This document shows, one piece after another, positions 56,447 through 64,000 of a stretch of 64,000 nt of DNA. The DNA comes from a virus (lineage: Duplodnaviria > Heunggongvirae > Uroviricota > Caudoviricetes): the IMG/VR virus record IMGVR_UViG_3300003310_000099, positions 298,295-362,294 of that record; one strand, given 5' to 3'. Numbering within the stretch: position 1 is the first letter of the stretch; every line of letters starts with the position of its first letter. A program made the position numbers and the translations under genes. Under the pieces are notes generated by a model. The model was not told the origin of the DNA, did no database searches, and worked only from the letters and a program-made list of their open reading frames with translations.

Positions 56447-58159
56447 ATGATTGGGATAGAGCCAAATTCTATTTATCTGGGAAAAAATACGTCAGATGGT
56501 ACACCTGTCAGACTTCTTCCTTTTAAACCATCTCCTGGGCGCACTAATCAAGGACGCAAGTTATTTAAGGCTTTAAATAACAATGCTTTAGTTGTAGCAG
56601 ATCAAGCTGGGACTCCATACCAATTTAGTTTTATAATTTCTTTAGCTAATGCTATAGGTGCTGTAAGCCTATACAACAATACTAATGCTAATATAACTTT
56701 TGATGCTACGCTTGATGCAGGCGGCACAATAACCTTTGATGTGACAGATGTAAACGGTACTACCAGCATAACTACTACCCAGGTTTTAGAAGTAGGATGG
56801 AGTTATGAACTCACGTTTCAATATACTTATAATGGCGAAATAGGTTTTAATCGTTCCGATTTCATGAGAATCTTCATAAATGGGACATTGACAACTTGGG
56901 TTATAAATTTTGATGGTTTAGCTTCAGTTGCTCCCACCTTAGCCGCATCTACTTTGACTATTACCAGCAGTGCAAACACTTATGTTGCGGCAATCGCTCA
57001 GTGGTGGTATGCATGGTGGGTTTCAGCGGGCGTTGCTTTTGCATGGTGGTGGTGGTACTACTGGTGGTATGCATGGTGGAGAAGTTGGTGGTGGTCTTAT
57101 TGGTACTACTGGTGGTGGTGGTATGTCTGGTGGGATTGTGTTATAACTGGTTGTGATCCAAATGATTGCGGGCCAAACGCTTGCCATCCAGCCGCGCCAT
57201 TTGACACAATATATCATTATGAAACCCGTAGGGGTGATATAGATTTTGTATTGGCTGGAGCGGGTATAAGAGATTTTGACACTAATACAACTCCAGCGGA
57301 GATAAACATAACAGTGCCTGGGCCTGTTGTTAAAGCTTATCTTTATTGGAATACTATAGGTGGACCTACGCCGCCGTGCCCCGATACTGCAATTTTTAAT
57401 GGCGATTCTGGTGCTGGTGAAATTATTGGGTGTTGTGGGAACACTTGCTGGTCTGTTTATTGTGTTAACAGTGGCCAAGACACGGATAACACTGTGCCAG
57501 ATCAAAACCTGTTAAACAAGGTTTGGTTCAGAGATGTGACCAGTCTTGTAACTGGTAGTGGTATGTACACTGTTTCAATTCCAAATGTTGTTCCAGGTGA
57601 TTTTATAGCATACGCTGCGTCTGATTCACCGTACTATCCTGGGTGTCAAGGCGGGCAAGGCGTAGCTCTATTGGTTATTTATGAAACAGAACCACAGATA
57701 GTTACCAGGCAACGTTATCATTGCTGTAAACCAATTGGCGAAGAAACGGTGCTTGAAAGAAAATCAAGAGAAATTATCATATATCATGGTGCTAAGCTTC
57801 TTTCTTTCCAGCCACCTGAGCCACCTACAACTGGTGGTAGTAGCAGTCATAGTATTACATTTCAAACAAAATATTCATTTGAAGGCAAATTAGCCAATGG
57901 TGTTGGTGATGCACAAAGTTCATATGCGGATAGTTTTTCGTTTAATGGTGTAGCACTTCCACCATTCCCAAGTTATTTTAACCCAGATGCAGGTAATTTA
58001 TTACATGTGAGAACAGAATACTTGCCTAAGCACTCAATAAAATGTGGATGTGGCCCAAATGGTTACAACAATACAGTCACAGCATCAACTCCAGACGATT
58101 GTTTGTGTTGGTTCTTGTTTGTATTCTCTGGCGCACAAATATGCGTTACTAAATTATAA
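56447..58159 (+). CDS. putative virion/receptor-binding protein with Trp/Tyr tract
   Basis: Beta-sandwich-like N-part, 22-Trp tract, then VVKAYLYW...DVTSLV...LLVIYE domain. Confidence 0.7.
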   Translation: MIGIEPNSIYLGKNTSDGTPVRLLPFKPSPGRTNQGRKLFKALNNNALVVADQAGTPYQFSFIISLANAIGAVSLYNNTNANITFDATLDAGGTITFDVTDVNGTTSITTTQVLEVGWSYELTFQYTYNGEIGFNRSDFMRIFINGTLTTWVINFDGLASVAPTLAASTLTITSSANTYVAAIAQWWYAWWVSAGVAFAWWWWYYWWYAWWRSWWWSYWYYWWWWYVWWDCVITGCDPNDCGPNACHPAAPFDTIYHYETRRGDIDFVLAGAGIRDFDTNTTPAEINITVPGPVVKAYLYWNTIGGPTPPCPDTAIFNGDSGAGEIIGCCGNTCWSVYCVNSGQDTDNTVPDQNLLNKVWFRDVTSLVTGSGMYTVSIPNVVPGDFIAYAASDSPYYPGCQGGQGVALLVIYETEPQIVTRQRYHCCKPIGEETVLERKSREIIIYHGAKLLSFQPPEPPTTGGSSSHSITFQTKYSFEGKLANGVGDAQSSYADSFSFNGVALPPFPSYFNPDAGNLLHVRTEYLPKHSIKCGCGPNGYNNTVTASTPDDCLCWFLFVFSGAQICVTKL

Positions 58160-58672
58160 TTAAATTAGACCATAAACATACGACCAACGATTGTTATGCA
58201 TGTGTTTACCAGCATTTACTTCTCTTAGATACTCATATAAATAATCCCAACTGTCAAACATGAATTCATGTGGAATAAATCCGTAGTACCACAATGGGAC
58301 AAATTGTTTCCCTTGTGGGCAAACCAATAAGGTGGGTTTCTTTGCATTATTGCTATTAATTATTTCATGGTGTGAACCACAAGTTGGGACTTTATAAGGC
58401 AAATTGGCAAAAACAATATCCGCACGATCCACCATAGACAAGTCTTTTCTGACAAATCCTTTGGCTATCCTGGTAATCGTTTCAAAATTCCTTGAATCTC
58501 TTGCTTCTAGCAGTTCGCTGGTAAGAGTTTGTTTTGGGTCTGCAAAAGGATCAAACACATTGATGCCAAATTCTTCTGTCAGAATTCTTTTAGGTTCAGT
58601 ACGCCAATTATGTCCAGAATCATCATGTTCGATAGGGCCAGACATGTAGCCACGCTTATCTTTAGTATACAT
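58160..58672 (-). CDS. nucleoside 2-deoxyribosyltransferase-like protein
   Basis: YMSGPI, WR, DP, DLSMVDRADIV, GSHHEI. Confidence 0.8.
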   Translation of the reverse strand: MYTKDKRGYMSGPIEHDDSGHNWRTEPKRILTEEFGINVFDPFADPKQTLTSELLEARDSRNFETITRIAKGFVRKDLSMVDRADIVFANLPYKVPTCGSHHEIINSNNAKKPTLLVCPQGKQFVPLWYYGFIPHEFMFDSWDYLYEYLREVNAGKHMHNNRWSYVYGLI

Positions 58673-58687
58673 TATTAAGACCTCACT

Positions 58688-58697
58688 ATTATAAATA
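58688..58697 (+). promoter_or_regulatory. T4-type late promoter TATAAATA
   Basis: Exact T4 late consensus; related TAAATA/TATATA boxes lie just before 29738, 30384, 36385, 36871, 38874, 39567, 62559. Confidence 0.55.
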
Positions 58698-58713
58698 ACA
58701 AAGGAGAAAGTAA

Positions 58714-59442
58714 ATGTCAAATACAGAGTTTCAAGAAAAAATGGACAGATTGGTAGAAAAGGCCCCAGAAAATAGGCATAGTTATTACCAGTTGAAATAT
58801 TTTGTCATAGGTAAGCAGCCTACCACACAATCACAATTATGGCAATGCTTAACTGAATTACAATCAAGAAAAGAAACAATAGATAACATTCAGATGCAGG
58901 TTGAAGATTTGGAAGATGAGTTGCAAATTCTTGACCTGCAAGAGTTAAAAGATACTGCGACTGAAAAGAACATCAGGCACGCTTCCGAAGAACTTGAAGA
59001 AATATTTCAAAAAGAGAAGGATATTAAAATAAAGAGGTTAAAAAGGAAAAAGGAATCAATAAATAAGAATATAATTAAATTAGAAAAACAATTAAATTTC
59101 GTAATCCAAGAAGCAAGATTTTTCGTGCAGGCTTTTGAAGCTTTAGAGAAAGTAGAGCCATTAAAGGATTTTGATGACTATGAAGCTCAGAAGGAACTAT
59201 GGGAAGCTAAAGTTTCAGAGGAAATTAATTTGAGGCTTCTTTTCCACCAGCCATTAAGTCCAGACACTTTAAAAACAGCACTTTCTCTGCATGATAATTC
59301 TATGGTTAAACAAGAAGTCATAAAGATGATGGGCAACTTAGAAAAGGCTAATGTGAAGATGATAGAAGAAAACAAACTTAAAATGCTAGAGAATCAGGTG
59401 CCAAGACTTTCAAAGAACAGGATGCAAGAAGGAGTAAAATGA
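58714..59442 (+). CDS. coiled-coil hypothetical protein
   Basis: TATAAATA and AAGGAG upstream. Confidence 0.8.
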   Translation: MSNTEFQEKMDRLVEKAPENRHSYYQLKYFVIGKQPTTQSQLWQCLTELQSRKETIDNIQMQVEDLEDELQILDLQELKDTATEKNIRHASEELEEIFQKEKDIKIKRLKRKKESINKNIIKLEKQLNFVIQEARFFVQAFEALEKVEPLKDFDDYEAQKELWEAKVSEEINLRLLFHQPLSPDTLKTALSLHDNSMVKQEVIKMMGNLEKANVKMIEENKLKMLENQVPRLSKNRMQEGVK

Positions 59443-60431
59443 AAAATAAATTTTCCTTGGACAAATTGCACAAGGACGGCACGCTGTCCGTATTCCCAAA
59501 AGGAAAAGATTCTAAATTAAGTCTGCACGAAGCTAAAAACAATGCTGAAGATAAATTAAGACAGACACTGGCCATTAATGGAAAGTATATCATACTTCAT
59601 GATGCAAGTAAATTTCCTGATAGCGGTATTATAAAAATAACTCCAAGCAATTCAACTAATCTTCTCGATTCTTTTGAGGTTATTTTCTATGCAAAAAAGA
59701 GTGGCAACCACCTGATTATGTTGCAAAGAGGCTATGGTGGTTCGCCAATCAACACTTGGCCATCTGGCAGTAAAGTTTCTTGTCCATTAATGGCCGAACA
59801 CCACAATGCACTAAAAGACGCAATTATACAAATCGAAAAAAAGATTGGTTTGGAAAAAAATCCTTCTGCTGATTCGATTAACGGAATATTAAATTACTTG
59901 GAAAACAAATGGCTATCGCCTAAACCAGTTTTTAGAGCTTACCCAAGGATGGGGCCGTCACCTTTAACTGTAACTTTTCATAACTTTTCTACTGGTTATG
60001 GTGGTAGATACCTGTGGGATTTTGGGGATGGCACAACGAGTACAGAAAAGAACCCAATTCACACTTATCAAGATGAAGGCAAATACGCAATAAGACTTAC
60101 AGTCATTTCCACAAATGGTTCACAAGGATTGACTGAAAAAGCCGATTACATAGAGGTGAATAACGAACAACTTCCTTCGTTTTTTTATGTCACGCCATTA
60201 CAAGGCTCAACAGAAACTGATTTTGAATTTGTGGATCAAAGTGACGGTGATATAGCAGAAAGACATTGGTTTTTTGGAGACGGCACAGATGCAACTGTGA
60301 GTAACCCAAATATTCATACAATAACACATCGTTATGGGCAAGCTGGCAATTATATCCCATCATTGATGATAAGACTCACTAACAACAAGACAAGAAGAGT
60401 ACATTTGCCAGAAGGAATTACAGTAATATGA
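59439..60431 (+). CDS. PKD-domain virion protein
   Basis: YLWDFGDGTTSTEKNPIHTY and HWFFGDG. Confidence 0.85.
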   Translation: MKNKFSLDKLHKDGTLSVFPKGKDSKLSLHEAKNNAEDKLRQTLAINGKYIILHDASKFPDSGIIKITPSNSTNLLDSFEVIFYAKKSGNHLIMLQRGYGGSPINTWPSGSKVSCPLMAEHHNALKDAIIQIEKKIGLEKNPSADSINGILNYLENKWLSPKPVFRAYPRMGPSPLTVTFHNFSTGYGGRYLWDFGDGTTSTEKNPIHTYQDEGKYAIRLTVISTNGSQGLTEKADYIEVNNEQLPSFFYVTPLQGSTETDFEFVDQSDGDIAERHWFFGDGTDATVSNPNIHTITHRYGQAGNYIPSLMIRLTNNKTRRVHLPEGITVI

Positions 60432-62530
60432 GCAATTATCCTGCGACGTTTGACACAAACAATAACCTATACTTGGTAAGAGATGCTTTAAAAATTCCAT
60501 TAGGAATGGATCATCATCCAGGGCAAAACGTTATTATTGCAGATGGAGATATTAGTAATTTCCCATCAAATGGCATTATTACTCTTGTGGATCAAGATAG
60601 TCCAGCACACGAACGAGCAGTATCATTCCATTATAACCGTAGAACCAATAGAGAATTTTTGGACTTAGAACTACTGAATAGCTCTATAGATTGCTTTAAG
60701 CCTAAAAGACTTACATTTATTACAATGCAGGTAATGTCTGACCATCGTGAAGCTTTAAAAGAAGCAATCATGTCTATAGAAAAATTCTTGGGGCCTAAGC
60801 ATATAGTAGACAATCATCCTCACGGTGAAACTATCTTTGGAAGGATAAATTTTTTAAGAAAGATTTTGTTTGAACCAAAAGCTTGGTTTGAAGCAGATAG
60901 AACTACTGGAGCTTCGCCATTTACAGTCAATTTCACATTCACTGGTACTGGCAATACTGGTCCAGTTGGTGAAGTCGAATATACATGGAAATTTGGTGAT
61001 GAAGATGAATTAAAAACAACAGAACCGACTATACAAAAATTGTTCTTAGACCCTGGCAATAAAACAGTTTCCCTAACAGTGAAAAATCAATATGGGGAAG
61101 ATTCTGTATCATTCCCAAATATGATTAAAGTAAAAGGACAAGCGCCAGAACAAGCACTCATTAGATTCTCCCCACAACAACAGCAACTTGGGTTCATGCA
61201 AAATGATGTAATGCCTAAAATCAGGGCACAAGTAAGACAGCCAATAGCAATAGAAATACCACAGAAAATGGTCAGTGAGAAAAGAACATTTGCTGGAGAG
61301 CGGATTGACCCAAATACTTCACGAACCAATGATGTTATTACCAACTATACATGGAATCTAGGAGACGATTTGCCACATGCCAATTCCCCAAAAACAAAAG
61401 CTATTTATAGCGTGGGCGGATTATATGATTTGGTTGTAAGAACCGATACGGCGTCAGGCACACATAGGACTACCGTTTACCCTAATGCAATTGATGTTAT
61501 TGAACCAGTAAACGTTTGGTTGTGGACAATAAACGACAAGCAGATCAGATCATATGAATTTGGTTTATTGAGTGAAGTTTTCAAGACTTCCAGCAACACG
61601 ACTGAACTTGATATCAATGATTCCTTTATTGATGACAATCATAAAAGAGAAAAATTTGAATTCTGGCGTAACAACAACTCTGCCAAAAAAGGAGACATTA
61701 AATCTGGGCAAGGTGGCGATTTGTTAATGTTTTGGGCAAGCGGCAAAAGTGAAAATTCAGTAGGTGAAAGAATTAATTTCAACGAATACAATGGATTCTC
61801 TGATACATATACATCTAAAGACTCAATAGCTGGCAGACCTTGGAATTGGGCTTCATTAGCAAATAACAGTAAAATATATTTCGCTTTTGGCAATAACAAC
61901 GATGGGCCATTACCAACATTGTCAATGACGAATCAGACCAAGATTACTTACGACATAGGTAGTTCTGCAATCTCCTATGATGAAATAGAATACAGGAATT
62001 ATAAGAATGGAGCGCATAATCTTATCCAGAACCCTGATGTTTTCGATAAAGATTATAATGCAGAAGATGGTCATTTTTCAGCTTATAGAACAGTTTGGAA
62101 AAACAACACTGGATACATACTTAGAAATGCATTTTTAGGAGACGATTTTTCTTTCCAACATTTCTATAGGACGGAAGGTACGGTGGGGCAGCCATTTTTA
62201 AACCTTGTGAGGTTGCCAGACTTGCCTGGCGAGAATCACAAGGATGGAGATTTAGCTGCACTAAGTAATGGGGTATATTTCTTCAACAACTCAGGCATGA
62301 CATACTGTTATGGTAGTTCTACTGGAACTTGGGAATTAATAACGCCACACAATAAGGTCGCCATCAATGATTTGGATGGTCTAATGGCAACCTCTGATTC
62401 GGATACAAAAGCCTACCTAACCTTGGATGGCATGAACAATGGTTTTATTAGATTCAACGAACTAGATATGTCTTACACGACATTGAATCAGAAACCAGCA
62501 GGCAAACAATGGCATATAACACTTTTTTAA
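60428..62530 (+). CDS. PKD-domain virion protein
   Basis: YTWKFGD, YTWNLGD; N-domain shared with neighbours. Confidence 0.8.
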   Translation: MSNYPATFDTNNNLYLVRDALKIPLGMDHHPGQNVIIADGDISNFPSNGIITLVDQDSPAHERAVSFHYNRRTNREFLDLELLNSSIDCFKPKRLTFITMQVMSDHREALKEAIMSIEKFLGPKHIVDNHPHGETIFGRINFLRKILFEPKAWFEADRTTGASPFTVNFTFTGTGNTGPVGEVEYTWKFGDEDELKTTEPTIQKLFLDPGNKTVSLTVKNQYGEDSVSFPNMIKVKGQAPEQALIRFSPQQQQLGFMQNDVMPKIRAQVRQPIAIEIPQKMVSEKRTFAGERIDPNTSRTNDVITNYTWNLGDDLPHANSPKTKAIYSVGGLYDLVVRTDTASGTHRTTVYPNAIDVIEPVNVWLWTINDKQIRSYEFGLLSEVFKTSSNTTELDINDSFIDDNHKREKFEFWRNNNSAKKGDIKSGQGGDLLMFWASGKSENSVGERINFNEYNGFSDTYTSKDSIAGRPWNWASLANNSKIYFAFGNNNDGPLPTLSMTNQTKITYDIGSSAISYDEIEYRNYKNGAHNLIQNPDVFDKDYNAEDGHFSAYRTVWKNNTGYILRNAFLGDDFSFQHFYRTEGTVGQPFLNLVRLPDLPGENHKDGDLAALSNGVYFFNNSGMTYCYGSSTGTWELITPHNKVAINDLDGLMATSDSDTKAYLTLDGMNNGFIRFNELDMSYTTLNQKPAGKQWHITLF

Positions 62531-62558
62531 GTTGGCTATATAATAGATAAAGGAGAAA

Positions 62559-64000
62559 ATGCCAAAGGCGATCCCAAAACCAGTATATCCAATAGCTTTA
62601 GATTCTAATTACACTCTATTTAGCACAAATAACAGTGCGCAAACCGCATTATCTGCGGACTTAGACAAAACAAGCGATGTAATTGAAGTCTATCCTAAAT
62701 TTGCAAATAATTCTGATATCTGGGCGGATAACGGGTTTGTTACCATCGAAAAAGAAATAATCTATTACGATAGCGTAACCAAAAATAAAGATAACAAAGT
62801 AACCCAATTAAAAGACTGTATCAGGGGCGTCGAAGGGGAAGCACAATCCTATCCTGCTGGAACACCTGTATGTGCCAATGTTGTAGCACAACTGCACAAT
62901 CAGCTAGTTGATGCAATTGTTGCTATCGAAAATACCATTGGTGATATCTCTGATATGCTAAAGGTTGGTACAAATCTCAAGGCACAGCAAAATGTAAGAA
63001 AAAACCTTGTGCCTAAAAACAACGCAATGACTGCTGTGGATACAGCCTTCACAGCGTCTCTGCACCAAAACTTAACGACAATGTTAGGATGTGCGCCAGC
63101 CCCTGATGACGCTTGCCCTGATGTTGAATTTGAGTTTAATATTCTAGGAGCTACGGCAGAATATTGTGTAAGAATCTTCGGAAGTTATACTGCATTCCAA
63201 GTAGATTTTGGCGACGGTAATTTCACCAATACACAACTGTCTGGCACAATACAATATAATGGAGGCAATCCAACAGTCACAGTAACAACCCCGACTTGTA
63301 CTTTAGTGCAAATGCCAACAACTCCTAACGAAGGTTGTGAGGCACCGACATTACCAAATCCTTCTATCCCGTTTGTAATTGCTGTGCCTGAAGTACCAGA
63401 ATGGCCAGGTTTTATACCACAAAAGAACATATGCCCTGGACCATTATTGAATCTGCCACCTATAATATTTCCTGAATCCAGGTTATGCCCAGCAACTTCA
63501 ACGGTGCCATCTTGTTGTATGCCGAGCATTATAATCTCAGTTATTGAGGCATGTAAAACTCCGCAGATCATAAGGGTCATAAGCCCATGTAGAATAAGCA
63601 TCATATCATTGGTAGGATGCGAACTACCGAGCCAAATATCCCTTATTGGGTGCTGCCCACCAAGCATAATTAGTATAGTAGCCCCAAGCTTAGAATGCAT
63701 AAGATTCTGTGACCCGCCAAGCTTCCAGTGCATAAGCTTCTGTCCTGTGCCAAGCTTTGATGTTATTAGTTTCAGCAAACCACCAAGCTTCGACTTAATT
63801 AGTTTTGCCCCATTCCCAAGTATAGGCAAAGTATCATTTGATGTTGGTGTAGCTTTAAGCCTAAGTCCTGTGTGTTTCTGTGAACCACCTAGTTTTGCAC
63901 CAATTAGTTTTGCAGCAGTACCAAGTATTGGCAGAGTATCTTTTGATGTTTTAGTAAACCTAAGCCTAAGTCCTGTAAGCTTTACTTCACCACCGAGTTT
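62559..64000 (+). CDS. virion protein with Cys/Pro-rich 11-aa repeats, truncated at window end
   Basis: AAGGAG RBS; MPKAIPKPVYPIALDSNYTLF...; PSFxxISFxxx repeats from about 63660. Confidence 0.8.
   Translation, partial: MPKAIPKPVYPIALDSNYTLFSTNNSAQTALSADLDKTSDVIEVYPKFANNSDIWADNGFVTIEKEIIYYDSVTKNKDNKVTQLKDCIRGVEGEAQSYPAGTPVCANVVAQLHNQLVDAIVAIENTIGDISDMLKVGTNLKAQQNVRKNLVPKNNAMTAVDTAFTASLHQNLTTMLGCAPAPDDACPDVEFEFNILGATAEYCVRIFGSYTAFQVDFGDGNFTNTQLSGTIQYNGGNPTVTVTTPTCTLVQMPTTPNEGCEAPTLPNPSIPFVIAVPEVPEWPGFIPQKNICPGPLLNLPPIIFPESRLCPATSTVPSCCMPSIIISVIEACKTPQIIRVISPCRISIISLVGCELPSQISLIGCCPPSIISIVAPSLECIRFCDPPSFQCISFCPVPSFDVISFSKPPSFDLISFAPFPSIGKVSFDVGVALSLSPVCFCEPPSFAPISFAAVPSIGRVSFDVLVNLSLSPVSFTSPPS

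Noticed and set aside
57023-57505. Minus-strand Pro-rich ORF as the real gene
   Set aside because: It is the reverse complement of the Trp tract; the + strand ORF is longer, co-oriented with the operon and has recognisable flanking domains
63185-63829. Minus-strand 214-aa repeat ORF
   Set aside because: Antisense shadow of the + strand gene starting at 62559, which has an RBS and paralogy to its neighbours
1-64000. Stop-codon reassignment (alternative genetic code)
   Set aside because: Long genes are intact under code 11, and TAG, TGA and TAA all end credible genes

Overview
Window from a large T4-like (myovirus-type) bacteriophage genome, in two parts. Bases 1-26.9 kb are a GC-richer, almost entirely + strand early/accessory region of about 80 small ORFs and RNA genes. 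It is punctuated by about 60 direct copies (plus 2 inverted) of a 16-bp motif CTTAGCTGTACYNAGT. Its fixed spacing to leaderless start codons (ATG at +21) marks it as a probable phage-specific promoter. This region holds a DUF932 protein, an HNH nuclease fused to a polynucleotide-kinase-like domain, an Rnl1-type RNA ligase, tRNA-Leu, tRNA-Glu, two structurally abnormal tRNA-like RNAs, several orphan structured RNAs and an apparent 137-nt minimal tmRNA (tag ASIQVA*). At least 8 of the small proteins end in an ssrA-like -AA C-terminus. Bases 27-64 kb are AT-rich. They encode ClpP, a CCA-adding enzyme, a HAD RNA-repair-like phosphatase and other enzymes, several with T4-like capsid-targeting N-termini. 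Then comes a contractile-tail module: gp2-like end protector, tape measure, baseplate hub with a LAGLIDADG intein, gp5/VgrG-like spike, gp25, gp6/J, tail I and PKD proteins. The best candidate for a new system is a phage-encoded trans-translation/proteolysis and tRNA-repair circuit built on promoter-delimited gene cassettes. All calls are by eye and no database searches were run.
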